Assembly: GCA_016235455.1 (NCBI GenBank)
Contig: JACRKZ010000070.1
Location: 1 to 54,745 of the forward strand
Direction: 5' to 3'
From: Armatimonadota bacterium
GTDB lineage: Bacteria > Armatimonadota > UBA10988
DNA length: 54,745 bases
Shown: piece after piece, positions 14,433 through 23,653 of the stretch
Position numbering within the stretch: the stretch's first letter is position 1
How the letters are laid out: every line of letters begins with the position of its first letter
Position numbers and translations under genes: made by a program
The notes under the pieces: model-generated
What the model was told of the DNA's origin: nothing
Database searches by the model: none
Seen by the model: only the letters and a program-made list of their open reading frames with translations

Positions 14433-16205
14433 CTAGCCCGCGGGCATGTCAAGGCCCGGTTGATAGCCTCGCACCTGATTGCGGCCGCCGTGCTTGGCGG
14501 CATACAAAGCCAGATCCGCCATACCCACCAGACCATCGAGTGTGTCCGTGTGGTCAGGGTAGCTGGCGTGGCCGACACTCACCGTGATGCGCAGCGGCTC
14601 GGCCCGGCCGGCGTCGAAGGCAAAGGCCTGCGTCGCTTCGCGAATGCGCTCGCCAGCCATCTGCGCGCCCTCGTCGTCGGTTTCCACGAGCAGCGCGACG
14701 AACTCCTCGCCGCCATAGCGAGCGATGACATCGTCCTTGCGTCCGTAGCGCCGCAGCAGTCCGGCCAGCCCGACCAGCACCTGGTCGCCCATCTGATGGC
14801 CGTAGGTATCGTTGATGCTCTTGAAGTGGTCGATGTCGATCATCATGACCGAGAGCGGCCGCTTGTAGCGCACGCAGCGACTGATTTCAGCGTCCACCTG
14901 CTCCTCAAAGTAGTTGCGGCGGAACAGCTTGGTCAACGGGTCAGTGACCGCCAAGCGCTGCAACGTTTCATAGAGCCGCGCGTTTTCGATGGAAACCGCG
15001 GCCTGGCTGGCCAGTAGCGCCAGGTTGTCGCGGTCACGCGGCGTGAAGATGGCGTGGTTGATCTTGTTGTTGACGTTCAGCACGCCCACCACCTCGGTGC
15101 CGATCAGCAGTGGCACGGAGAGCAACGAGCGGTTGCTGTACTTGCGACTCTGCTCGCCGGCCCGCTGCGGCCGGAAGAAGCGGCTGTCCTGGGTGATATC
15201 CTCGATCAGCAGCGGCTCGCCGTGCTCGGCCACCCAGCCGGCCACCCCTTCGCCGGGCACGATCTTGGCGCCGGCGACGACTTCGTCGGGCAGGCCCATG
15301 GCGTGCAGGATGCGCAGTGACTGCTTGTCGTCGTCGAACAGCATGAGCGAGGCCATGCCGCAATGCAACAATGTGCAGGAGCTGTCCACGATCTTGGACA
15401 GCAGCCGGTCGCGCTCGAGCGAACTGCTGAGCTCGCGGCTGATGTCGCACAGCACCGACAGCTCTTCGACGCGCTGCTGCAGATCCTCATAGACCCGCAC
15501 GCCGCGCAACTGACCGGCGGCATGGTCGGCGAAGGCCTGCAAACGGTCGACCTCGGCCTCGGTCACCGTCTGCTCGACGGGTCGCTCCACGCACAGCACG
15601 CCAAGGCAACCGCTGTCGCTCGATAGCGGCACGGCCACCAGCAGGCGGCCACGCGCATCGCTCTCGGGGTTCGGCGTGAAAAACTCGCAGGAGGAGGTGT
15701 CGGGCACGATCTGCTGCTGGCCGGTGGCGTAGACGCGGCCGGCGACGCCCTCGTCGACGCCCAGCACGAAGCTCTGGCGCACCGAGTGCCCGTGCGCGCG
15801 GGCCGCGGCCATGCGCAGGCAGGTGCCGGTCTCGTCCGGCTCGAGGATGGTGCCCTTCTCCGCGCCGAACAGCTCCATGGCGCGATCCAGCACCGCCTGG
15901 CGCAGGTCGGCCGTAGTGGCGCCTCCGCTGACCAACAGCGTCAGGTCGAGCACGAACTGCTTGGGCACGCCACGCGCCGTCAGCGCATCCACGCTGGAGC
16001 CCATGCCGCGCTGCGTCGCGTCGTACTCGGTGAAGTCGTCCTGCAGTTCACGCGCGGCGCGCGCGGTTTCCTGATAGATGTCAGCCCGGCCCTCACTCAC
16101 GGACAGGAGTCGCTCCTGCTCGCGTTGGGTATCGACATCCTTGGGGAAACGGCCACCGAATGTGTCCTGAGTGTCCTTATTCTGCATGTTGGGTTCGTCG
16201 GACAT
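14433..16205 (-). CDS. GAF-GAF-GGDEF diguanylate cyclase
   Basis: Two GAF domains (GEGVAG..A, VPL..GVL); DPLT; DIDHFK.INDTYGH..GD; RxxD I-site (RKDD) followed by GGEEF. Confidence 0.95.
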   Translation of the reverse strand: MSDEPNMQNKDTQDTFGGRFPKDVDTQREQERLLSVSEGRADIYQETARAARELQDDFTEYDATQRGMGSSVDALTARGVPKQFVLDLTLLVSGGATTADLRQAVLDRAMELFGAEKGTILEPDETGTCLRMAAARAHGHSVRQSFVLGVDEGVAGRVYATGQQQIVPDTSSCEFFTPNPESDARGRLLVAVPLSSDSGCLGVLCVERPVEQTVTEAEVDRLQAFADHAAGQLRGVRVYEDLQQRVEELSVLCDISRELSSSLERDRLLSKIVDSSCTLLHCGMASLMLFDDDKQSLRILHAMGLPDEVVAGAKIVPGEGVAGWVAEHGEPLLIEDITQDSRFFRPQRAGEQSRKYSNRSLLSVPLLIGTEVVGVLNVNNKINHAIFTPRDRDNLALLASQAAVSIENARLYETLQRLAVTDPLTKLFRRNYFEEQVDAEISRCVRYKRPLSVMMIDIDHFKSINDTYGHQMGDQVLVGLAGLLRRYGRKDDVIARYGGEEFVALLVETDDEGAQMAGERIREATQAFAFDAGRAEPLRITVSVGHASYPDHTDTLDGLVGMADLALYAAKHGGRNQVRGYQPGLDMPAG

Positions 16206-16358
16206 GGGGTCGGCCTCCCCCGGCGAGCCATCCTACCACACGGCCGGTCATGTGGCAACGCACTACGAGGCGCCCAACGCAACACGGCGGTCGCGATTCT
16301 CGCCCCTTGCGCGGTGGGTGCCGAAGCGCTTACGATCCGTCGCACAGGCGGATGCGGC

Positions 16359-17255
16359 ATGGCGGTTCTGGTCATCGGAAACACCTACAGCGGCGGCGGG
16401 CGGGGGCATCAGCGCGTGGCCGAGATCGCCCGCCAGCTCGGCGCGGACACCGAACTGGCGCGATGGTCAGGCCATGCCCAGGAGCTGGCCACGAACCTCG
16501 CCTCCGGCTACGAGGTGGTGGTGGCCGCGGGCGGCGACGGCACCGTCCACGAGGTGGTCAACGGACTCATGGCGGTGCCCAGCGACCAACGCCCTGCGCT
16601 GGGCCTGGCGCCGCTGGGCACCGGCAACGACATTGCCCGCAACCTGGGCTTGACCCAGCCGCACCAGGCAGTCGAGGCCATCACGGCGGGCCACACGCAG
16701 GGCCTCGATCTGTTCCGCGTCGAGTGCCACGACGAGTACGGCCGACCGAAGCTGGTGTGGGGCGTGCTCAACTGCGGCATCGGCTACGGCGCCGAGGTCG
16801 TGCGCCGCACCTCGCAACGCATGAAGCGCGTGGCCGGGCCGGCGCTGGCCTACTTGTGGGGCACGCTCAGCACCTTGGCCACCTGGGACAGTCCCTCGAT
16901 GACGCTCACGGGCGACTTCGGCCGACGCCGCGGGCGCGCTTTCTTCGTCTCGATGTGCAACGGCGAGTGGGAGTGCGGCGCCTCGTTGCGCATCGCGCCC
17001 GGCGCGCTCATGACCGACGGCGTGTCGCACCTGGTGGTCGTTCGCCACGCGCCGCGGCCCATGCTGGCGCTGCGGCTGCCGTTGTTGGGCTCCGGCCGGC
17101 ATATCCACCTGCCGCAGGTCACCTATGTCGAGACCAACACGCTGGGCGTCGCCTGCGAACGGCCGGTGGGTCTGCAATCCGATGGCGACGTGGTCGGCTA
17201 CACGCCCTGCGCCGTGCGGCTGGTACCCGCGGCGCTGCGGGTGCTGGCGCCATGA
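16359..17255 (+). CDS. Diacylglycerol/lipid kinase family (YegS/BmrU-like)
   Basis: N..SGGG, GGDGTVHEVVNG, PLGTGND, DGD motifs. Confidence 0.93.
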   Translation: MAVLVIGNTYSGGGRGHQRVAEIARQLGADTELARWSGHAQELATNLASGYEVVVAAGGDGTVHEVVNGLMAVPSDQRPALGLAPLGTGNDIARNLGLTQPHQAVEAITAGHTQGLDLFRVECHDEYGRPKLVWGVLNCGIGYGAEVVRRTSQRMKRVAGPALAYLWGTLSTLATWDSPSMTLTGDFGRRRGRAFFVSMCNGEWECGASLRIAPGALMTDGVSHLVVVRHAPRPMLALRLPLLGSGRHIHLPQVTYVETNTLGVACERPVGLQSDGDVVGYTPCAVRLVPAALRVLAP

Positions 17256-17866
17256 GTCCGCGCTGCCCGCAATGCGGTGCCGGTCCCGGACCCATCGAGT
17301 TGCCTGTGTGCCCCCGCTGCGGCACCCGTCTGGCCGCGCCGCCAGCGGCGGCCCCCGTCGCCGAGCCGGCAGCGCAGGCGGAGCCGACCAGCGAGAGCCG
17401 CGCCACGCTGGCGGCACGCTACTTCACGCCGGCCGTCGCCTATCGGCCCTCGCTGCTGGGCTACCTGGTAGAGCTGGGCGCACCCTACCTGATTCCCGCC
17501 GCCACCTACGCGCTGACGCTGACCGCGGATGGCAGCAATGCGCCGAGCTGGCTGTGGCTGCGCTGGGCGAGCACCGCGCTGGCCGTGGTCGTCTGCCTGA
17601 CCGTGGCCGTGGCCAGGCGCCCGGGCCGGCTGGCCATCGTGCTCGACGCGCGCGGCGTGCGGTCGACGCGTGGTCGCCACGGCTGGCCTGAGCTGCTGTC
17701 CGTGAGCCTGGCGCACAACCCGCGCGGCTCGCGCGTGGAGGCCCTGCACCTGGCCTGGCGCGATGGCTCGCGCACCGCCATCCCGCGCCAATTGGCCGCC
17801 ACCGCCCGGCTCAGTTCGCTGCCCAACCTGGCCGCGTTGCTGGACGAGGTGCGCCGCGCGCCTTGA
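17252..17866 (+). CDS. Hypothetical membrane protein with N-terminal zinc ribbon
   Basis: ATGA overlap with the kinase stop; CPQC...CPRCG; two TM segments; PH-like C-terminus. Confidence 0.6.
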   Translation: MSPRCPQCGAGPGPIELPVCPRCGTRLAAPPAAAPVAEPAAQAEPTSESRATLAARYFTPAVAYRPSLLGYLVELGAPYLIPAATYALTLTADGSNAPSWLWLRWASTALAVVVCLTVAVARRPGRLAIVLDARGVRSTRGRHGWPELLSVSLAHNPRGSRVEALHLAWRDGSRTAIPRQLAATARLSSLPNLAALLDEVRRAP

Positions 17867-17918
17867 CCGCGACCCTGCCGTGCCTTACCTTTGGGCAGGC
17901 GTGAGGGTGTCGATAGCT

Positions 17919-18245
17919 GTGAGACATTGGCTCTATCTGGCCTTGGCCATCGGTTTCGAGGTCTGTGGCACGCTCTCCATGAGACTGTCCAACGGCTTCC
18001 AGAATCTGCGTTGGTCAGCCGCCATGGTGCTGCTCTATCTGGTGTGCTTCGGCTTCCTGGCCATGGCGGTGAAGGTCATTCCCGTCAGCGCCGCCTACGC
18101 CATCTGGTCCGGCCTGGGCACCGCGCTGGTGGTGCTGGTGGGCATCGTCCAGTTCCACGAGTCCGCCCACCCGCTCAAGCTGCTGTCCATTGCCCTCATC
18201 GTGGTCGGCGTGGTCGGCTTGAGGTTGGTCGGCAGCGAGCACTAG
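17919..18245 (+). CDS. SMR family efflux transporter (EmrE/QacE-like), copy 1
   Basis: WLYL.LAI.FEV.GT with conserved Glu14; AYAIWSGLG; four TMs. The start is a GTG at 17901, 17907 or 17919. Confidence 0.92.
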   Translation: MRHWLYLALAIGFEVCGTLSMRLSNGFQNLRWSAAMVLLYLVCFGFLAMAVKVIPVSAAYAIWSGLGTALVVLVGIVQFHESAHPLKLLSIALIVVGVVGLRLVGSEH

Positions 18246-18264
18246 TCGCACTCCGGGAGCAAGG

Positions 18265-18615
18265 TTGACGCTGATGATGTTCGGCATCGCGCAGCATTGG
18301 TTGTACCTGGGCCTGGCCATCGGCCTGGGGGTCTGCGGCACGCTATGCATGAAGGAATCCCACGGCTTCAGGCAGCACCGCTGGTCGGCCGCCATGGTCA
18401 TCTTCTACCTGCTGGGCTTCTCCTGCCTGGCCATGACCGTCAAGGTCATCCCCATCGGCACCACCTACGCCATCTGGTCAGGCATGGGCACGGCGATGAT
18501 CGCCCTGGTCGGCATCTTCCACTACCATGAGCCCGCACCGCCCCTGAAGATCCTCTCCATCGCGCTGATCATCATCGGTGTCGTGGGCCTCAATCTGGTC
18601 GGCAGCAGTCACTGA
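18265..18615 (+). CDS. SMR family transporter, copy 2 (Glu14 replaced by Gly)
   Basis: Paralog of copy 1 with YAIWSGMG; GGAG RBS before TTG. Confidence 0.9.
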   Translation: MTLMMFGIAQHWLYLGLAIGLGVCGTLCMKESHGFRQHRWSAAMVIFYLLGFSCLAMTVKVIPIGTTYAIWSGMGTAMIALVGIFHYHEPAPPLKILSIALIIIGVVGLNLVGSSH

Positions 18616-18664
18616 GCGCCGCGAGCCCCGACAGCACTCAGTGACGTGCCTCTGACCGACGCGG

Positions 18665-19792
18665 CTACGGCTTGACGGGCGCGAACCGCACGCACACCGG
18701 CGCGGGCACCTTCACCGGCTGGCCCTGCTGCGTGAGCTTGCCGGTCGCCGCATCCACGCTGAACACCACCAGGTCGTCGGTGTCCTGGTTGGCCGCGATG
18801 AGCCATCGCGCCGACGGGTCCAGGGCGAAGTTGCGCGGCGTGCGGCCGCCGGTGCTCTGGTGCTGCACCAGCGTCAGCCGGCCTGTATCCTGCGCCACGG
18901 CGTAGACCGCTATGCTGTCATGCCCGCGGTTGGAGCCGTACAGGAACTTGCCGCTGGGGTCGAGGTGTATGTCGGCGCAGGTGCTGCTGCCCTGCCAGTC
19001 GGCGGGCAGCGTCGGCACATGCTCCACCTCGGTCAGCGCACCGGTGACGGCGTCATAGGCGAAGCAGGTGATGGTCGAATCCAACTCGTTGATGACGTAG
19101 GCAAACCGGCCGTTGGGCGCGAAAGCCATGTGGCGCGGCCCGGCACCTGGGTGCACCGCGGCGAAGGCGGGCGCGTTGGGCACCAGCTTGCCCTGCTCGT
19201 CCGGCCGGTAGATCATGATCTTGTCGATGCCCAGGTCGCAGACGTAGACCCGGCCGCCGGTGGGATCGAACGTCGCCGAGTGCGCGTGGACCTTCTCCTG
19301 CCGCTTGGGGTTGGGCCCCTTGCCCTCGTGCTGCACGAGATCCGCCGCCTCGAGCACCTCACCGTTGGAGCCGAGCGGCAGGCTGACGACACTGCCGCTG
19401 CCGTAGTTGGCGGCGACCACCAGCCGGCCGCTGGGCGCCACGGCCACGTGGCAAGGGCCAGAGCCCTTGGCCGAGGCCTGGCTCAGCAGCGTCAAGGCGC
19501 CGGTGGCCGGATCGACGGCAAAGGCGCTGACGCTGCCCTGCGGCTTGCTCCAGTCCTCATTGGCGGCATAGAGCCGAGTGCCGTCGGCATTGGTGGCCAC
19601 AAATGACGGACTCGCCACCTTGCCGCGATAGCCGGTATCCGTAAGCGTGCCGTTGCCCGCGTCGAAGCGATAGACGTAGACGCCCTCGCTGCCGCGCTGG
19701 CTGTAGGTACCGATGTAGACGAGCATGGAATCCTTCCCTGCCGGCTGAGCGACGGTCATCCCCGCCACCAGCCACAATGACCAGAGCGCCAT
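18665..19792 (-). CDS. pgl: 6-phosphogluconolactonase-like beta-propeller lactonase with probable signal peptide
   Basis: YIGTY, ANYGSG, RQE..HAHS, GAGPRH, SNRGHDSI, PRNF, ANQD; GGAGGAG RBS. Confidence 0.9.
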   Translation of the reverse strand: MALWSLWLVAGMTVAQPAGKDSMLVYIGTYSQRGSEGVYVYRFDAGNGTLTDTGYRGKVASPSFVATNADGTRLYAANEDWSKPQGSVSAFAVDPATGALTLLSQASAKGSGPCHVAVAPSGRLVVAANYGSGSVVSLPLGSNGEVLEAADLVQHEGKGPNPKRQEKVHAHSATFDPTGGRVYVCDLGIDKIMIYRPDEQGKLVPNAPAFAAVHPGAGPRHMAFAPNGRFAYVINELDSTITCFAYDAVTGALTEVEHVPTLPADWQGSSTCADIHLDPSGKFLYGSNRGHDSIAVYAVAQDTGRLTLVQHQSTGGRTPRNFALDPSARWLIAANQDTDDLVVFSVDAATGKLTQQGQPVKVPAPVCVRFAPVKP

Positions 19793-19841
19793 GGCACTCC
19801 TCCCGCACCGCACTTCGCCGGGCCGCGGGCAACACCTGCGG

Positions 19842-19870
19842 TTGACAGCGAAGGCTCCCTGGATAACCCT
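19842..19870 (+). promoter_or_regulatory. Possible sigma70 promoter for the ferredoxin-atp operon
   Basis: Perfect TTGACA at 19842-19847, but the -10 element (TAACCC/AACCCT) is poor. Confidence 0.3.
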
Positions 19871-19892
19871 ATCGTTCGACAAGGAGCGGTAG

Positions 19893-20207
19893 ATGCCGAT
19901 CGTGCGTTTCGAGGGTTCGGACAAATCGATCGAGGTGGGCAAGGGATCCAACCTGCGCCGCGCCCTGCTTCTGGCCGGCATGAGCCCGCACCAAGCCGTC
20001 TACCGGGCCATGAACTGCCAGGGCATGGGCCTGTGCGGCACCTGCTGGGTGCGCGTGGCCCAAGGCGAGGAGAACCTCTCGCCGCCCACCAAGATGGAGC
20101 AGTACAACATCCGTCGGCCGCTGGCCCACGGCCACCGGCTGTCGTGCCAGACGCGCGTCTACGGCGACTGCGTCATCGCGCTGCAGAAGCCGCCAACCAA
20201 GGATTGA
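19893..20207 (+). CDS. 2Fe-2S ferredoxin
   Basis: NCQGMGLCGTC...RLSCQ gives four Cys ligands; AAGGAG RBS. Confidence 0.92.
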   Translation: MPIVRFEGSDKSIEVGKGSNLRRALLLAGMSPHQAVYRAMNCQGMGLCGTCWVRVAQGEENLSPPTKMEQYNIRRPLAHGHRLSCQTRVYGDCVIALQKPPTKD

Positions 20208-20223
20208 CGCCGCTCTCGGGCAG

Positions 20224-20445
20224 GTGAACCGCGTGTTTGACCGTGAGGCAGTTCGGGCGCTGGGCCAGTTTGGCGCCTTGGGCTTCACCCTGGCGGCTGG
20301 CGTGATGCTGTTCGCCGCCGCGGGCATGTGGGTCGACCGGCGATTCGACTGCGCCCCGGTCGGCGTTGCGGTCCTCGGTCTGCTGGGCGCCGTGCTCTCG
20401 CTGGTCAAGCTGGTGCGTGACGTGCAGCGCCAGACCGATCACTGA
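20224..20445 (+). CDS. atpZ: AtpZ/ATPase gene-1 family membrane protein
   Basis: Two TMs with a G.WVDRRF...P motif; first gene of the atp cluster. Confidence 0.8.
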   Translation: MNRVFDREAVRALGQFGALGFTLAAGVMLFAAAGMWVDRRFDCAPVGVAVLGLLGAVLSLVKLVRDVQRQTDH

Positions 20446-20474
20446 GTCCACCCCGCCAAGGATTGCCCATCATC

Positions 20475-20909
20475 ATGCGTCCCCTCGATGAGGATTTCGT
20501 CAAGCGCGTCCGTGAGACGTCCCTGGTCCTGGCCGGGGTGGGTTTCCTGACGCTGGCCTCGATGCACGCCGCCTTGCCGGCGCTGGCCAGCTACGCCGCT
20601 GGCGTCGCACTGTCGCTGCTGGTCTGGTATTCGGCTGAGCAAGCCGGCAGGCGACTCGGCGCCGAGATGGTTTCTCGCCGCGAGAAACTCCTCTTCGGCG
20701 GGCTCTATCTGGCCAAGTACGGACTTGCCGCTCTGGTCATCTGGAGTCTGCGGCGTGCGGACCTTGTGGACGGACTCGCGTTCACTGGGGGCTTTTCAAT
20801 CCCGCTGCTAACCGTTATGCTCAAGGCCTTTGGTTGGCAGACGTTGAGCCACGAGGTCGATCCCGTGCCGTTCTACTCACGATCTCGCCGTCCACGGAAG
20901 GTTGGTTGA
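20475..20909 (+). CDS. atpI: ATP synthase protein I
   Basis: Four-TM protein with L.KY motif, immediately before atpB. Confidence 0.7.
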   Translation: MRPLDEDFVKRVRETSLVLAGVGFLTLASMHAALPALASYAAGVALSLLVWYSAEQAGRRLGAEMVSRREKLLFGGLYLAKYGLAALVIWSLRRADLVDGLAFTGGFSIPLLTVMLKAFGWQTLSHEVDPVPFYSRSRRPRKVG

Positions 20910-20913
20910 GCCA

Positions 20914-22071
20914 ATGATGCGCAGGGCTCGCGCCATCGACCGCGCGGTCGTCAGTTGGTTGGTGTGTGGTTTGCTGGGGCTGGCCTCCGCCAGTCTGGCC
21001 CAGCAGGCTGTCCCCGCGCCCGCCGCCCAGCCGGAAGCCCCGGTGGCAGCGCCCGTCGCGGCGCCGCCCGCCGTGCCCGCCGCTCAACCGCTCGAAGCAC
21101 CCGCCCCGGCCCATGAAGCCGCTCCCGCCCATGCCGCAGCCGAACCGCACGCGGCCGGCGCCGCCACGGCTCACGGCGAAGGCGCCCCGGCCGGCGGCCA
21201 CGGTGGTGGTGGCGAAGAAGAGAGCCCCCTGGCTGTCGAGCACGGCTCGTGGTTCTATCCGCTGTCTCACGCCATCAACCTGGCCATCGACCCCAGCGGC
21301 GAGACGAAGTTCATCAGCGGCTACACCTTCGTCACGTTCGTGGTGGTGGCGCTGCTGGTCTGGTTGGCCGCCACGGCCACCGCGGGCATCCGCGCCGGCC
21401 GTGAGGACGCGCTGGTCGCGCCGCGCGGTCTGCAGAACCTGTTTGAGATGCTGGTCGAGGGCTTGGCCAACTTCTTCGGCTCCATCATCGGGCCGCACGG
21501 CAAGCCCTACACGCCCCTGGTCATCACGTTCTTCCTGTTCATCCTGTGCAACAACTGGATTGCCCTGATCCCGGGCTTCGTGGCGCCGACCTCGTCGCTG
21601 AACCTGACCATCGCCGTCGCGGCGGTGGCCTTCTTCAGCGTGCAGTACTTCGCCATCCAGGCCAACGGTGTGAAGAACTACCTGCTGCACTTCGCCGGTC
21701 AGCCCAAGGACCCGCTGGGCTGGGTGATGGCCCTGCTGATGTTCCCCCTGGAGATTGTCGGCGAGCTGGTCAAGCCGCTCAGCCTCAGCCTCCGTTTGTG
21801 CGGCAACATCTTCGGTGAAGACACCGTGGTGCTGCAGATCATGGGCCTGTGGCTGTCCGTCGCCGGGTGGAAGATCGTTCATCACACCCTGGAAGCACCG
21901 GGCCAATGGTGGGCGGCGCTGCTGCCCATGCACCTGCCCATGCAGATGTTTTCGATTTTCGGAGGGCTGATCCAAGCGCTGGTGTTCAGCATGCTGGTCA
22001 GCGTGTACATCTCGTTGTTGACCTCGCACCATGACGAGGAACACGACCATAAAGAGGCCGCTCATTCCTGA
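20914..22071 (+). CDS. atpB: ATP synthase Fo subunit a with N-terminal signal/linker extension
   Basis: PRGLQNL.E, NNW..LIPG...PT, essential Arg in [20 protein letters not shown]. Confidence 0.97.
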   Translation: MMRRARAIDRAVVSWLVCGLLGLASASLAQQAVPAPAAQPEAPVAAPVAAPPAVPAAQPLEAPAPAHEAAPAHAAAEPHAAGAATAHGEGAPAGGHGGGGEEESPLAVEHGSWFYPLSHAINLAIDPSGETKFISGYTFVTFVVVALLVWLAATATAGIRAGREDALVAPRGLQNLFEMLVEGLANFFGSIIGPHGKPYTPLVITFFLFILCNNWIALIPGFVAPTSSLNLTIAVAAVAFFSVQYFAIQANGVKNYLLHFAGQPKDPLGWVMALLMFPLEIVGELVKPLSLSLRLCGNIFGEDTVVLQIMGLWLSVAGWKIVHHTLEAPGQWWAALLPMHLPMQMFSIFGGLIQALVFSMLVSVYISLLTSHHDEEHDHKEAAHS

Positions 22072-22094
22072 GAGCGGCGAGGAGGCCACTGGAA

Positions 22095-22382
22095 ATGCTG
22101 TACGGTTTCGGATTGGCGCTGGCGGTTGGCCTGGGTCTGCCCATCGCCGCGGCGTTCGCGTCGCAGGCGCAGGGCAAGGCGGCTGCTGCCGCGCTTGAGA
22201 GCATTGCGCGACAGCCTGAGGCGTCGGGCAAGATTCAGACGGCCATGATCATCGCCCTGGCGCTGATCGAGTCGTTGGTCATCTACTGCTTGCTCGCCTT
22301 CTTCATGCTGAACGGCAAGCTGGTCAAGGTCGACGCGATTGCCGCGCCGGCTCCGGCGGCGGTGGGCACCCCCGCGCAGTAG
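22095..22382 (+). CDS. atpE: ATP synthase Fo subunit c
   Basis: ARQPE loop; carboxylate in ALIESLVIY; GAGGAGG RBS. Confidence 0.97.
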   Translation: MLYGFGLALAVGLGLPIAAAFASQAQGKAAAAALESIARQPEASGKIQTAMIIALALIESLVIYCLLAFFMLNGKLVKVDAIAAPAPAAVGTPAQ

Positions 22383-22400
22383 GCTCGACTCAGACTATGG

Positions 22401-22421
22401 CCCCAGGCCTCGTGCCTGGGG
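22401..22421 (+). other. Intercistronic hairpin between atpE and atpF
   Basis: 8-bp stem CCCCAGGC / GCCTGGGG; possible mRNA stability or attenuation element. Confidence 0.45.
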
Positions 22422-22484
22422 GTCGTGGCTCGGCGTGGCCGCTGGTTGCGTTGAGCTTCGGGTTGAGCCAAAGGGGCTAGTCCC

Positions 22485-22976
22485 ATGTTGCAGACCCTGG
22501 GAATCCATCCATCCCAGCTCCTGATCAACATCGTTTCGTTCCTGATCCTCTTCTTCTTGCTGAAGAAGGTGCTCTTCGCGCCCATCAACGGCGTGCTGGA
22601 GGACCGTGCTGAACGCATCAAGGCGGACCGGGATGAGGCGGTGCGGTTGCGAGACGAGGCAGCGGCCAATCAAGCCATGCTGGAGCAGCGCCTGGGCAAT
22701 ATCGAAGCCGAGGCGCGAGACCGCATGCAGGCCGCCGAACGCGACGCCCGCGCGGTCCGCGAGCAGTTGCTCGAGGAAGCGCGCGGCGAGCGCGACAAGG
22801 TCGTGCAGGCCGGCATTGCCGAATTGCGCCGTGAGCGCGAGAAGCTGCTGACCGAAGTACGCGACCTGGTGGCCGATCTGTCGATGGCGGCGGCCGCCAA
22901 GATCGTCGAGCGGGAGCTGGATATCAACGCGCATCGCGCGTTGATCGACGACATCGTGGAACACGGTGTGAAATGA
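22485..22976 (+). CDS. atpF: ATP synthase subunit b
   Basis: N-terminal TM (FLILFFLLKKVLFAPI...LE.R...I) followed by a long coiled coil. Confidence 0.95.
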   Translation: MLQTLGIHPSQLLINIVSFLILFFLLKKVLFAPINGVLEDRAERIKADRDEAVRLRDEAAANQAMLEQRLGNIEAEARDRMQAAERDARAVREQLLEEARGERDKVVQAGIAELRREREKLLTEVRDLVADLSMAAAAKIVERELDINAHRALIDDIVEHGVK

Positions 22977-23635
22977 CCTTCGTAGGCCGCAAAGCCCGAC
23001 GCTACGCCAGGGCGCTGTACTCCCTGGCCCGCGAGCAGCAGTCGCAGGAGGCCTTGGTAGCCGAGCTGACCGAGGTCAGCGAACGTTTCGCCAAGGTGCC
23101 GGAACTGGGCCAGGTCCTGGCCCACCGGCGCATCCCCGCCGACCACAAGCTGGCCCTGTTGGACCATGCCCTGGCCCCGGCACAAGCCGAGGGCGACGAG
23201 GGCGAGGTTCCGCCGGCTGGCTTGCCGCTCACGCGCCATTTCCTTCGGCTGCTGGTGCGCAATGGGCGCATCGCGCTGTTGGCGGAAGTGGTGCAGGCGC
23301 TGCGCGACATGCTGGATATCGAGCTGGGCGTGATGCGTGCCGTCGTGACGACGGCCGTACCACTGCTCAAGGGCGAGCGGGAGATGGTCATCGCCAAGCT
23401 CCAGAGCCACACCGGCGCCAATCGGGTCGAGATCGACTGCGTGGTGAACAAGAAGGTGGTGGCGGGGGTGCTCATCCACGTCGGTGACCATGTCATCGAC
23501 GCCACGGTGCGCACCTATCTGGACACAATGCGCGAGCGGCTCAAGCAGATCAAAGTCGGCGAGTTCGCCGATGCGGGATTCCTTTCGGTGTCTGCGGATG
23601 GTGCTGACAACACCGGCCCCAGCACGAAGCAGTGA
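22973..23635 (+). CDS. atpH: ATP synthase subunit delta
   Basis: ARRYARALY, FL.LLV.NGR, G.LI.VGD.VIDAT. Confidence 0.95.
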   Translation: MTFVGRKARRYARALYSLAREQQSQEALVAELTEVSERFAKVPELGQVLAHRRIPADHKLALLDHALAPAQAEGDEGEVPPAGLPLTRHFLRLLVRNGRIALLAEVVQALRDMLDIELGVMRAVVTTAVPLLKGEREMVIAKLQSHTGANRVEIDCVVNKKVVAGVLIHVGDHVIDATVRTYLDTMRERLKQIKVGEFADAGFLSVSADGADNTGPSTKQ

Positions 23636-23653
23636 CGTCGGAGACAAGAGGAC

